From a virus (Duplodnaviria > Caudoviricetes), in IMG/VR virus record IMGVR_UViG_3300023284_000556, positions 1 through 35,124 of that record: a stretch of 35,124 bases of DNA, one strand, 5' to 3'. Every line of letters begins with the position of its first letter. The stretch's first letter is position 1. The notes beneath the pieces are model-generated. The model worked only from the letters and a program-made list of their open reading frames with translations, was not told where the DNA came from and searched no databases. The position numbers were made by a program, and so were the translations under genes. Positions 25,699-34,419 of this stretch are shown here, one piece after another.

Positions 25699-26082
25699 TT
25701 ATACTGCTGCATCGCCATGAAATTCAATGTCAACCGTAGTGTCTGATCCTAAATTCACTTCATAATCATTAGTTACAGCGGCATTATTAACGGCTCTATT
25801 TAAACCATCGCCTGTAATAGTAATAGCGTTATTATTACTATTAATTTTCCAACTTCTGGCAAGATCAATATTTTCTGCTGTATTATGTAACGAAAACTTG
25901 ACCATTGACATATTGGTTTCAACATTATTTGACAATACCGTCTGTACAGAACCGCCACCGGAAGATTGTACTTTAAGTTCCTGTTCTCCAAAACCTTCTG
26001 TGTATGTAAAGGAATTGGGTACTATTGGTACCGCAGTATTATTAATAACAACGGTTGGATTTGAAAGTTTAATTCTGGACAT
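25699..26082 (-). CDS. Tail tube protein
   Basis: 127 aa, beta-rich, directly after the sheath gene. Confidence 0.8.
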   Translation of the reverse strand: MSRIKLSNPTVVINNTAVPIVPNSFTYTEGFGEQELKVQSSGGGSVQTVLSNNVETNMSMVKFSLHNTAENIDLARSWKINSNNNAITITGDGLNRAVNNAAVTNDYEVNLGSDTTVDIEFHGDAAV

Positions 26083-26088
26083 AATTTG

Positions 26089-27639
26089 TTATCCCTCTGT
26101 TGAAAATGCAATTTGAATTGTTGCAATTATTTCCCTTAATTGAGCAACTATTAAAGTTTTCATTGTAATAGTTACTTTTCCATTAACTAAATCTAAAGTT
26201 ACAGTCCTGTTTGCCCTGAAAAATAATCTTGATTCTTCCCCTGCAATAGTTAATACAAAATCTTCACCTGAAAGTTGATTATAAAAATCATCAAGAGTAG
26301 ATTCGATTACAGCTTGATTTGCCATACTTCTATTAGGGATTAAATCTCCAGTTGTTAATCGAGTTTGAGCAAATTTTGCTTTTAAATTATTAAAATAGAA
26401 CTCTCTAATAGCAACTGATGTATCTACAGCATTTAAAAATTTGAAAGTTGTTTCAGGATTTCCAGCTGCATCTGTTTTCCTAGTGGTAACTATTTCATCA
26501 GCAATAATAGATGTTCTTGATTTATTATTTCCAAGTCGCGATATTCCAGCTGTTTTCAAAGAGTCAGTTTCAACTTGTGTAAATCCTTTTCCAATATCAA
26601 TAAGATCTAATCCTGCAAATGGTGTATTGAAATATGGTTTAGAAGATAATGCAGTACCACCGAATGCATCACTAGCTCCAGTACTAGCAATTACAAATCT
26701 CGATATTGAAGCACCATCTGTAAGTCTTAAAGAACGTATAGCAGCAAATTGCGCAGATATAACATCACTAAATTCTAGTAATGAACTTCCTTTATGAGCT
26801 GTATCACTTAATTTTTTATTACCAATTATTACCAAACTTTTACTATTTTCAGCATTACCCGCAGTTTCTAAGTTTGCAAAAGTATCTGATAATGTAATAA
26901 TACCAACACCATCCAATACATCATTGATAATATTAAACCTATTATCAAGTTCAGTAGTTAATGTTGTTAATGAAAAAACACTAGGCCAAACAACAGTTTG
27001 ATATCTTTCTCCATCAATCACATCAAAAATATTTGTTAAAGAAGGGTCGGTTGCCCCATTTACTGGAGTAGTTAGTACCACTGTAACTCCTGCAACAGTG
27101 CCTTCAACTTTATAACCAATATCATTTCCGGTTGTACCACCATTTTCAGCTGTAACAGTAACGGTACCTGTGACATTTGCCCCTGTGAATGGTGCGTCTG
27201 TTAAAGCAGTTATAGCAGTTACAAGTGTATCACCAATTGCTGTAGCATTATCTCCATTAGCTATAATAACATCCAAAGCATAATTTGCACCAGAACCGAT
27301 GGAAACTACTAATGTTCCATCTGCCGTTGCTGTTCCTGTAAATGCTATCGTACCTGTTGCAGCCGTTGCACCACCATCATCGTCAAGGGCAATAGCGTCA
27401 AACTGAGTAATTTGATTTAATGTTTTTGCTTGCCTTACCATTTGAGCAAGCATAGATGTTACACCAAATAATGCATCTTCTTCACCTAAATTACCAATAT
27501 TTTCAGTTAATGCCCCGGCAATAGCAGTCCCTACAGCTGTTTTTTGTCCAACAAATAAAACCTTCTGAGGTTCATTTGATATGATCCCTGAAGCGGGTAA
27601 TATTGTAATGCTAACCTCTGGCTGTGATACACCCATCAT
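26089..27639 (-). CDS. Contractile tail sheath protein (Mu-like)
   Basis: KVLFVGQK, ALFGVTSMLAQM, ATGTIAFTGTAT..GTL and IVTTRKTDAAGNP. Confidence 0.92.
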   Translation of the reverse strand: MMGVSQPEVSITILPASGIISNEPQKVLFVGQKTAVGTAIAGALTENIGNLGEEDALFGVTSMLAQMVRQAKTLNQITQFDAIALDDDGGATAATGTIAFTGTATADGTLVVSIGSGANYALDVIIANGDNATAIGDTLVTAITALTDAPFTGANVTGTVTVTAENGGTTGNDIGYKVEGTVAGVTVVLTTPVNGATDPSLTNIFDVIDGERYQTVVWPSVFSLTTLTTELDNRFNIINDVLDGVGIITLSDTFANLETAGNAENSKSLVIIGNKKLSDTAHKGSSLLEFSDVISAQFAAIRSLRLTDGASISRFVIASTGASDAFGGTALSSKPYFNTPFAGLDLIDIGKGFTQVETDSLKTAGISRLGNNKSRTSIIADEIVTTRKTDAAGNPETTFKFLNAVDTSVAIREFYFNNLKAKFAQTRLTTGDLIPNRSMANQAVIESTLDDFYNQLSGEDFVLTIAGEESRLFFRANRTVTLDLVNGKVTITMKTLIVAQLREIIATIQIAFSTEG

Positions 27640-27824
27640 TCGCTCCTATTTTTAAATTTCTTATTTTCTTTTTTAACAATTTCAACACAATTGTCAGTTG
27701 CTGAGTCTTTTAATCTTCTGTACCAAAAATTGTCAACTATAATACCTTTATTATCTGTTTTTAAAGATAATATAGTACCCGCTTTATGTTGTTGTATATC
27801 AATATTTAATTTTAATTTTATCAT
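27636..27824 (-). CDS. Small pre-sheath protein (Mu gp38 / DUF2635-like)
   Basis: FWYRRLKD motif and position directly before the sheath gene. Confidence 0.7.
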   Translation of the reverse strand: MIKLKLNIDIQQHKAGTILSLKTDNKGIIVDNFWYRRLKDSATDNCVEIVKKENKKFKNRSE

Positions 27825-27886
27825 GATATCTTTTCCTAATTTAATTATAATACTCTTATTTTATTATTTTTAAACTAAATAATATA

Positions 27887-28981
27887 TTATAATGGTACAT
27901 CGTCATGATCTATCTCCGCTTCCATTATAATATTATCATTATCTGTTTCATTAGGATTCAACCAATCTATACTTGTATCACGATAAGCAACATTGAAGTC
28001 ATCGGGTATGGTATCAGCATAAACTAAATCTACGGCAACTTCAAACTGGAATTGATGGACATAATAAGCTGGTACAAAATCTACAAAACTATGTCCTACA
28101 AAAATTGTACTGTATTGTTGTTTAGTAGTTAAAACATTTTCCAGTTTAGTTCTTAATAGACTTTTAAATAAAGCAACTGCAACATCTTCCATTTGATCTC
28201 GTACTTCACGTCCAGCAATAGTATCAGTAGATGGTGTAATAACAAATACACTAAAAGAACAAATAAAAGTTTGTCTAAAATCATCACCACTAGCCAATAT
28301 AGCAGTCAAATCAGTTTTAGTATCTCTTGATTTTGAAGCTATTGTATCGCCCAATACTACAAAACCCCACAATTCGTCTGTATCCATTTGTGTATAACTA
28401 TCAACGGCTTTCGCCATAGTTACAGCACCGGATATTCTAAGACCAGTAGCTATTACCGGTGAACCTTGAGCAGGTGAATCGGGCGTTTGTGTGATTTCAT
28501 AAGTGAAAGTAATATTGTCTATCCGTGTGACTTCGTGTCTACCGTTGTAACCGGCTGCAATAGTATTTAAAATAAGAATTGTACCAGTAGCAGGAGTTAC
28601 AGCAGTATCTGCAACTGTAAAAGTAAAAGTTTTTCTGTTCGGTACTGTATCAATATCGAATATTCCATTATATTCAGATTGATCTGCCCCTACTATTTCT
28701 GCCGTAAATTCAAATCCCTCTGTAAAATCATGGTTTGTAGCCGTTGTAACCGTTGCCACTGTTCCAACTCTAATTATAGAAACTACTGATATTGGAGATT
28801 TTGCGTTTTTAACTGTTACAAAATTGCCAGTTGTAAGTTTATGATCTACAACTGTAATAGCTGTAACTGTACTTCCCGAACGAGTAAGGCTTGATATAGA
28901 TATATCTGGATCTGTAAACAGAGTAGTTTGCGTAGGTAAAGTATTTTGTAATTGAATTATGATAGTTTCAGCTTTTATCAT
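27887..28981 (-). CDS. Putative tail completion/terminator protein with an inserted nested double domain
   Basis: Last neck gene before the sheath; C-terminal half fits a terminator pattern (FSVFV...YVHQFQFE); aa 27-178 are an insertion. Confidence 0.65.
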   Translation of the reverse strand: MIKAETIIIQLQNTLPTQTTLFTDPDISISSLTRSGSTVTAITVVDHKLTTGNFVTVKNAKSPISVVSIIRVGTVATVTTATNHDFTEGFEFTAEIVGADQSEYNGIFDIDTVPNRKTFTFTVADTAVTPATGTILILNTIAAGYNGRHEVTRIDNITFTYEITQTPDSPAQGSPVIATGLRISGAVTMAKAVDSYTQMDTDELWGFVVLGDTIASKSRDTKTDLTAILASGDDFRQTFICSFSVFVITPSTDTIAGREVRDQMEDVAVALFKSLLRTKLENVLTTKQQYSTIFVGHSFVDFVPAYYVHQFQFEVAVDLVYADTIPDDFNVAYRDTSIDWLNPNETDNDNIIMEAEIDHDDVPL

Positions 28982-29424
28982 CTAAAACCTTCTTTATGAG
29001 CACGTTCTATCTCTTTCTCAAAATGTTTCCTTGCATTCCTGGCATTACTATTAGTGGCAATTTTAAGAGTAGGTCTACGCATTTGTTCTTCTAATATTTT
29101 AGTATAAAATGTTTTTGCATCTTGTCTAAAGCCAAATTCCAGTTGATCACCACCTTTAACAGAAAAACCTAATTGCCTTCTAGCATCTCCTGACCTATCT
29201 GCAAAAGTTTCCCCACGTATTGAAGCTCTACGTTTCTTGCCTCTAAATACTTCTGGAGTACCAATTCTTGGTAATGCCAAGATATTTTTTTCAGTTGTTG
29301 CTTTTAAATCTTTACCTAAAAAATAAAATGCTTGTCGAATTCCACGTACAGTTGATTGTTTATTATCCTCAATTCTAAGTTCAATTTTCCTATTTTTTGC
29401 ATTTGCTATGAGTTTAAAAGTCAT
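28978..29424 (-). CDS. Neck/tail-completion protein (HK97 gp10-like)
   Basis: Basic protein with RRAS..GE..ADRSG and ILE...RRP.L; start MTFKL at 29424 avoids overlap with the upstream gene. Confidence 0.7.
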   Translation of the reverse strand: MTFKLIANAKNRKIELRIEDNKQSTVRGIRQAFYFLGKDLKATTEKNILALPRIGTPEVFRGKKRRASIRGETFADRSGDARRQLGFSVKGGDQLEFGFRQDAKTFYTKILEEQMRRPTLKIATNSNARNARKHFEKEIERAHKEGFR

Positions 29425-29425
29425 T

Positions 29426-29818
29426 TTATCTTCTAAAGTTTGCGGGTTTATTATCATCACCTCTTAAAGAACATCTCAAAAGATAAAATTCATCACGTTC
29501 TTCTAAGTTTTCTACGTCTAAGATAACAAAAAATTGTTCTTTAAATCTTATCCAATTCTTAAAATTTACGTTTGGTAAAAATCTAATGTAAAAAAAATGT
29601 GTCGCTATACCAATTATATTTGTACCGTCGAAAATTTCCACACCGGATTTTGTTTCTAACATAGCCCATACAATCTCAATTTCCTTGAAAGCTTCAGAAA
29701 AATCCACGCTTCCATCAACAGGGGCTTTTATGGTATTCAAATTTATTTGTATACGTTCCCGCATATCCCCTATGCATATTTTCCTACTTCGTCTAACAAT
29801 TCTTTTACAGGTAGGCAT
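29426..29818 (-). CDS. Head closure protein (SPP1 gp16-like)
   Basis: IGDMRERIQI...VWAM...THFFYIRF...ILDVEN; TGATG coupling gives the start at 29818. Confidence 0.88.
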   Translation of the reverse strand: MPTCKRIVRRSRKICIGDMRERIQINLNTIKAPVDGSVDFSEAFKEIEIVWAMLETKSGVEIFDGTNIIGIATHFFYIRFLPNVNFKNWIRFKEQFFVILDVENLEERDEFYLLRCSLRGDDNKPANFRR

Positions 29819-30480
29819 CAGCTGCAACTTCCTATATTTATTAGTCTCACTTTACCATAAAGGGTACGGACATTTAAAGGTAAACTGTCCCCAATATCTC
29901 CAGTGTTACAATCTCCTCTGTTTTCATACATAAAAGCAATATGACTTAATAAAGCTATTTTAACATCACCAGGTACGAATGAGGAATCCGCACCAAAACC
30001 AGAAGTAAATGTTATTTCAATAACCTGTGGTACATCATCAATATCTGTAGGCCATTCTTGATCTTCTTTTAAAAATATTTGTGAATAATCATTAACATTT
30101 GTAAAACCCCAAACAGTAGTAGGTACAGTTGTCAATACACCGCCTGTAAAATATTTTACACTAGTAACATCAGACACTTTTGATCGTCTGAGTTCAAAAG
30201 TAATATTTATATCTTCGTCACAAAAAACATTAAAATCATCACGAAAAGTAATATATGTTTTGGTGATAAAATCCTTGCTGGTATATTTTTCCCCACATTC
30301 TGTTGCTGCATCAATAAAGAGATTTAATAAATCATCTTGTGTTTTATCAGCAAGACTTATTTTCAGGAAATTTTTTACAGAATCCAAAGAAACCGGTTTA
30401 TTTACAGCCGGTACAGTCACATTATATGTGAATGCTTTTTTCTTTAATCTTTGGTGTCTAAACAATTGCGTTATAGTCAT
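29818..30480 (-). CDS. Head-tail connector (HK97 gp6 / phiE125 gp8-like)
   Basis: PVSLDSVKNFLKI...DDLL...IDAATE..E.YT and ITFTSGFG...VPGDVKIALL..IAFMYENRG. Confidence 0.92.
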   Translation of the reverse strand: MTITQLFRHQRLKKKAFTYNVTVPAVNKPVSLDSVKNFLKISLADKTQDDLLNLFIDAATECGEKYTSKDFITKTYITFRDDFNVFCDEDINITFELRRSKVSDVTSVKYFTGGVLTTVPTTVWGFTNVNDYSQIFLKEDQEWPTDIDDVPQVIEITFTSGFGADSSFVPGDVKIALLSHIAFMYENRGDCNTGDIGDSLPLNVRTLYGKVRLINIGSCS

Positions 30481-30489
30481 TTTAATCTC

Positions 30490-30837
30490 TTATAAAGCGA
30501 AAGGTTTAAGTTTTATAGAACGATCTGCAGCTTGGGCTACCATAACTAGTTTAATTTCATCATATCCAGCAAATATACTAGTATCTAATGGATAACTACC
30601 ATTTGCTGCAACAGTAAATGTTATAGCAGTATCACTGCTATCTTTTATTTGTTTAAATGTTACACCTTTATCAATACTGCCTTCAAACGTCAAACTTGTG
30701 CCAGTTATTGCAACTGGCATTTCTACTATAGCAGCTGTTGTTCCAAATAATTCCGCTGCATCAGAAATTGTTTGACTAGATAATATTGTTAAAGTTAAAA
30801 CATCAACTGCTTTATCTTGTAGTTGTATTGCTTGCAT
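30490..30837 (-). CDS. Small beta-rich putative virion protein
   Basis: MP.AITGTSLTFEGSIDKGVTF...IKLV; GGAG RBS. Confidence 0.65.
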   Translation of the reverse strand: MQAIQLQDKAVDVLTLTILSSQTISDAAELFGTTAAIVEMPVAITGTSLTFEGSIDKGVTFKQIKDSSDTAITFTVAANGSYPLDTSIFAGYDEIKLVMVAQAADRSIKLKPFAL

Positions 30838-30859
30838 TTTTTAAACTCCATAATTAAAA

Positions 30860-31111
30860 TTATACAATTTCAGCCCAACCAAGTTCTATAAAAGAATCGG
30901 CCAATGATTGAACTATATCTTTATTCCCATTAAGGCATTCTTGCTTACTTCCAATTGTTAATATATCCCCTCCAATCTTGTGTAAAGTATTACGAAAAGA
31001 ACTAGGATAAGATATGCGAATATCACAACCACATGAGACTAATGGGCATTTTGGTATTTTAAAACCATCAGTAGTCGTATTAGCTATATTGTTTAATAAT
31101 CTAATGGACAT
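30860..31111 (-). CDS. Small hypothetical protein
   Basis: TAATG coupling; ends LADSFIELGWAEIV. Confidence 0.65.
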   Translation of the reverse strand: MSIRLLNNIANTTTDGFKIPKCPLVSCGCDIRISYPSSFRNTLHKIGGDILTIGSKQECLNGNKDIVQSLADSFIELGWAEIV

Positions 31112-32658
31112 TACGCTTTTATCCTTTGTACTGGCTGGATTAATTCAAAAGACGCAGTTTGACTAAAATCTGTAATTGATTGTAGAATCACCAATTTTCC
31201 TGACATTACTGCTCTTTCTGTAACAGAAGGTGGAATAAATCCTTCTAACATTCCTGCTCCTTGAGAAATATAATCAGAAATAGAGACATATTCGTCCATT
31301 CCATAAGTAACACCCATAATACCAGATTGAGGAAATATAAACATTCTTTGACCAGTAAATTTAGCATTTGAAACAATAGTAAGGGCTGACCAATTACCTG
31401 TTGCGTCATCAGCTATAAAAGCAGTGTTGATGGTGAAAGTATTAGCTGTGGTGGCAACAACTGTAAATGTACCATTATAATTTGTAGTATTAATAATTGT
31501 TACAATATCATTAATTAAAATTCCATGAGCCGTAGAAGTTACTACCGTATTTCCTCCATTTGCTACAAAAGCTGTTATCAATCCATCTTTAGAAATAAGC
31601 AAAGGATCAACTTCATTTGTTCCACTAAAATCAAAATCTCCTGTAATAGGATTAATCAATGCAGTAGCTGTGACAGGTGATCTTGCAGCTCTGATAATTA
31701 CATCAGGCACTTCAATATCATCAATAGCAGCAGCCCCTACACTATAAGCTGATCCTTCAGATGTTTTTAACTGAAGTCCTCCGATTAAAACATCTGTTAT
31801 AAAACCTTCTTCACCAAAGAAATTATAAACACTTATTCCTGCATCGGACGAATATTTACTAGAAACTCTTGCAGCTGCCAATAGAACTCCTACATTAATA
31901 TTGACTATCACATTATTATCAATAGCAAATGCCCCAAGCGGAGTAGTTTCTACGGCTTGTTTAGGGGTTAATCCACTAGCCCCATCGTTGTCAAAAACAA
32001 CAATATTTCCTATTGCTGGATTTTCTCTTGTCCCTGCACCTGTACCACCATCTTCTACACCAATAACAAAATTACCATCTGTAAAACCCGCTGCTACGGT
32101 CTGTGCCGGCCATGTCATATAGGTGTAGGTATTATCGTCTAAACCAGGGTTACGTACAAGCTGACCAGTACCGCCTAATACATCGAATTTGGATGTATCT
32201 GATACATTAACTTTAAGCAAATCCACAAGATCTGCGTCATTGTCAAGCGCAATTAATCCTGACCCGACTATTTGTTTGATAGCTGGTACTAATAATTGTG
32301 ATTCTGATATGTAGGTGGATGTAATGACATATTCTGTCACACTAGGAACGATAACAATACTGGTATTATTTCCTACCAGTTCATTAGTCAATTGACCATT
32401 TAATGTGTCACCGCTTACAGTCCTAACAATAACTTGATAGGTATTACCAAGTCTTTGAATAGTAAGTTCTTTACGGGGAGCCGCTAATCTAGGAAGTAAA
32501 TCAATAAATACAGGACCTAGACTATCATCAACAATTATACAATCAAGCCCCGGTGAAATTGGAAAAGGGGAATCAGTAGCATCAATTTTTTTCGTTATTC
32601 TAGGATTTAAACCAGGGACTACACCTATTGCTGTGGTTGTTTCGCATATTTCGGACAT
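31111..32658 (-). CDS. Putative head fibre/spike protein containing one copy of the recurrent beta domain
   Basis: 515 aa, beta-rich; N-terminal IIVD..GPVFIDL.P motif; ITAFV...TSTAHGI..NDIVTI..TTNYNGTFTV...NTFTI. Confidence 0.6.
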   Translation of the reverse strand: MSEICETTTAIGVVPGLNPRITKKIDATDSPFPISPGLDCIIVDDSLGPVFIDLLPRLAAPRKELTIQRLGNTYQVIVRTVSGDTLNGQLTNELVGNNTSIVIVPSVTEYVITSTYISESQLLVPAIKQIVGSGLIALDNDADLVDLLKVNVSDTSKFDVLGGTGQLVRNPGLDDNTYTYMTWPAQTVAAGFTDGNFVIGVEDGGTGAGTRENPAIGNIVVFDNDGASGLTPKQAVETTPLGAFAIDNNVIVNINVGVLLAAARVSSKYSSDAGISVYNFFGEEGFITDVLIGGLQLKTSEGSAYSVGAAAIDDIEVPDVIIRAARSPVTATALINPITGDFDFSGTNEVDPLLISKDGLITAFVANGGNTVVTSTAHGILINDIVTIINTTNYNGTFTVVATTANTFTINTAFIADDATGNWSALTIVSNAKFTGQRMFIFPQSGIMGVTYGMDEYVSISDYISQGAGMLEGFIPPSVTERAVMSGKLVILQSITDFSQTASFELIQPVQRIKA

Positions 32659-32665
32659 TTGATAC

Positions 32666-32965
32666 CTATGTATTTATTCTTGCAGATACCCCACTTGAAG
32701 TTGATGTTGTGTCTACTAGAGCCGCCCTTAATTTAACGCCATGATTCAAGATAAATCTGGAAATACCTTTTACTGGCAATGATAATACACATATCACATT
32801 AGCGCCATCATCTAAAGTTGCTTGCAATTCTACACTTCCTCCGCCAAGCTCTCCAGTAACAAAAAGATCACCACCGCCTCCAGGCCAAACAATAAAATCA
32901 CCTATGATATCTACATCAGCAGCGGCACCAACGTCTAATAGTAAATCTAGTACTCCATTTGACAT
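32666..32965 (-). CDS. Small beta-rich putative virion protein
   Basis: VTGELGGGSVELQATLDDG...KLRA. Confidence 0.65.
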   Translation of the reverse strand: MSNGVLDLLLDVGAAADVDIIGDFIVWPGGGGDLFVTGELGGGSVELQATLDDGANVICVLSLPVKGISRFILNHGVKLRAALVDTTSTSSGVSARINT

Positions 32966-32969
32966 GCTA

Positions 32970-33434
32970 TCAATTTATTCTGTATTGAACACTTATAGTA
33001 ATAGATGTACCACCAGTACCGGCACTGCCAGTGTTAGTTACTGCTATTCCTTCACCTACAGTCAATGCACCAAGGAAACCTACCCCCATAGTGACGTTTG
33101 TGGTAGTGGAATCAAGTACAGCACCGTCTGTCAAAGCTGCAACCAACATAGTCGCAATAGCAACAGGAGAACCGTTCGTGTCTTCAAGATCAACGGATGT
33201 AGTTGAAGCATAAGTTCCAGATACCGTAGCATCAAAACCAACAATTGTAATTATTTTACCATCCACTCCTGGAACAATAGTTTTTCCTGCATTACTTTCT
33301 GCAAGTGTGACAATATTGGTAGCACTCAAAGTTATTTTATTAGAAAAAACAGAACCATCAAAATTTGCAAGATTGTCCGAACCACTACCTGGTTGTTCAA
33401 TAAAATTATCAACATTAACAGTAACATCTGCCAT
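32970..33434 (-). CDS. Putative head decoration protein
   Basis: Thr/Gly/Val-rich, GGAG RBS, located in the capsid cluster. Confidence 0.6.
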   Translation of the reverse strand: MADVTVNVDNFIEQPGSGSDNLANFDGSVFSNKITLSATNIVTLAESNAGKTIVPGVDGKIITIVGFDATVSGTYASTTSVDLEDTNGSPVAIATMLVAALTDGAVLDSTTTNVTMGVGFLGALTVGEGIAVTNTGSAGTGGTSITISVQYRIN

Positions 33435-33474
33435 AACTATTTACTCCATTTTTAATATTCAACTTTAATTTAGT

Positions 33475-33867
33475 CTAAAGATCTTCATCAGAATCTTCGT
33501 CAAGACTTTTAATATATTCTTCAAGTTGTTCAACCATTTTTTCTAGAGATTGTCTTTTATCTAAATCAATACCATATTTTGATTTAGCATAATCATCCAA
33601 TTCGGATCTACTAAAATTTTTATAATCGACAACATCCCATTCAACTTCTTCGACTTCAAGTTTGGCTTTGGTTTTTGATTTGCTTTTAACTTTTTTAACT
33701 TTTTTAACTTTTGTGACATCTTCAGCTAAATTTAATTCAATAAGTCTAAGCAAATCTTTTTCAGAAAAACCTTCATTGTCGACTTTTAAAATATCGCCTT
33801 TTTCAAAATAAATAGTCTTCCTACAACTTATAGCAAGACCACCTTTAGTTTTAGATTTTACTTCCAT
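33475..33867 (-). CDS. Hypothetical protein with a Lys-rich linker and C-terminal HeH/Rho-N-like helical motif
   Basis: KVKKVKKVKSKSK linker; SRSELDDYAK.KYGIDLDKRQSLEKMVEQL; AGGAG RBS. Confidence 0.7.
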   Translation of the reverse strand: MEVKSKTKGGLAISCRKTIYFEKGDILKVDNEGFSEKDLLRLIELNLAEDVTKVKKVKKVKSKSKTKAKLEVEEVEWDVVDYKNFSRSELDDYAKSKYGIDLDKRQSLEKMVEQLEEYIKSLDEDSDEDL

Positions 33868-33919
33868 TATCGAACTCCTACGTTTTATTCGGACTACCTG
33901 TCCTTAATTAATAGTCATA

Positions 33920-34348
33920 TTATGCCGACAAATTAGGTGAGGGCATAATTTCAGGAGCAGCATCAATCATAACCACAATTGTGTTTGTTCCTGAAGCACC
34001 ACTGGAAGATATAGTGGAGCGTACAAATTTCTTAGTACCAAATATACCAATAGATTTCAGTACGTCTCCTTCTGCTGTGGCTATCGTAAGCACAGCCCCG
34101 GCTTCCGTTCCAATAAGATTTGCATCTGCTATAGCATTTTCTTCACCGCTGAAAAGACCCGTATCACTTTCTTCTAAAATAGGGGTAAATGTACCGGCGC
34201 TAAATGCTGTCACAATAAAATTGAATACAATACCACCGTCAAAATCGCTAGTATCAATACTAAATCCATCGGTTACGGTATCACCTGTTATAGTGTCAAG
34301 TTGTACCAATTTTGGTTCTAAATCACTTCTTATATCGTTAGTAGGCAT
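33920..34348 (-). CDS. Putative capsid decoration protein
   Basis: GGAG RBS fits ATG 34348 (MPTNDIRS); IDT..FDG...LEESD...GTKKFVR; directly follows the capsid gene. Confidence 0.7.
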   Translation of the reverse strand: MPTNDIRSDLEPKLVQLDTITGDTVTDGFSIDTSDFDGGIVFNFIVTAFSAGTFTPILEESDTGLFSGEENAIADANLIGTEAGAVLTIATAEGDVLKSIGIFGTKKFVRSTISSSGASGTNTIVVMIDAAPEIMPSPNLSA

Positions 34349-34379
34349 TTTATCTCTCCAAATAAAAATTATATTATTA

Positions 34380-34403
34380 GGGGATATAAATATTTCTATC
34401 CCC
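34380..34403. terminator. Stem-loop after the major capsid gene
   Basis: GGGGATA-N10-TATCCCC; the - strand U-tract is weak, consistent with partial termination. Confidence 0.55.
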
Positions 34404-34419
34404 ATTTTTAGACGTATTA

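Noticed and set aside
16209-27886. A shared late-promoter motif in the AT-rich intergenic gaps (16209-16257, 17716-17758, 25658-25698, 27825-27886)
   Set aside because: Only -10-like hexamers and TAAAATA words are present, as expected at this AT content; I could not establish a consensus by eye.
33684-33712. 9-bp tandem repeat inside the 130-aa ORF
   Set aside because: It simply encodes the low-complexity KVKKVKKVK linker.
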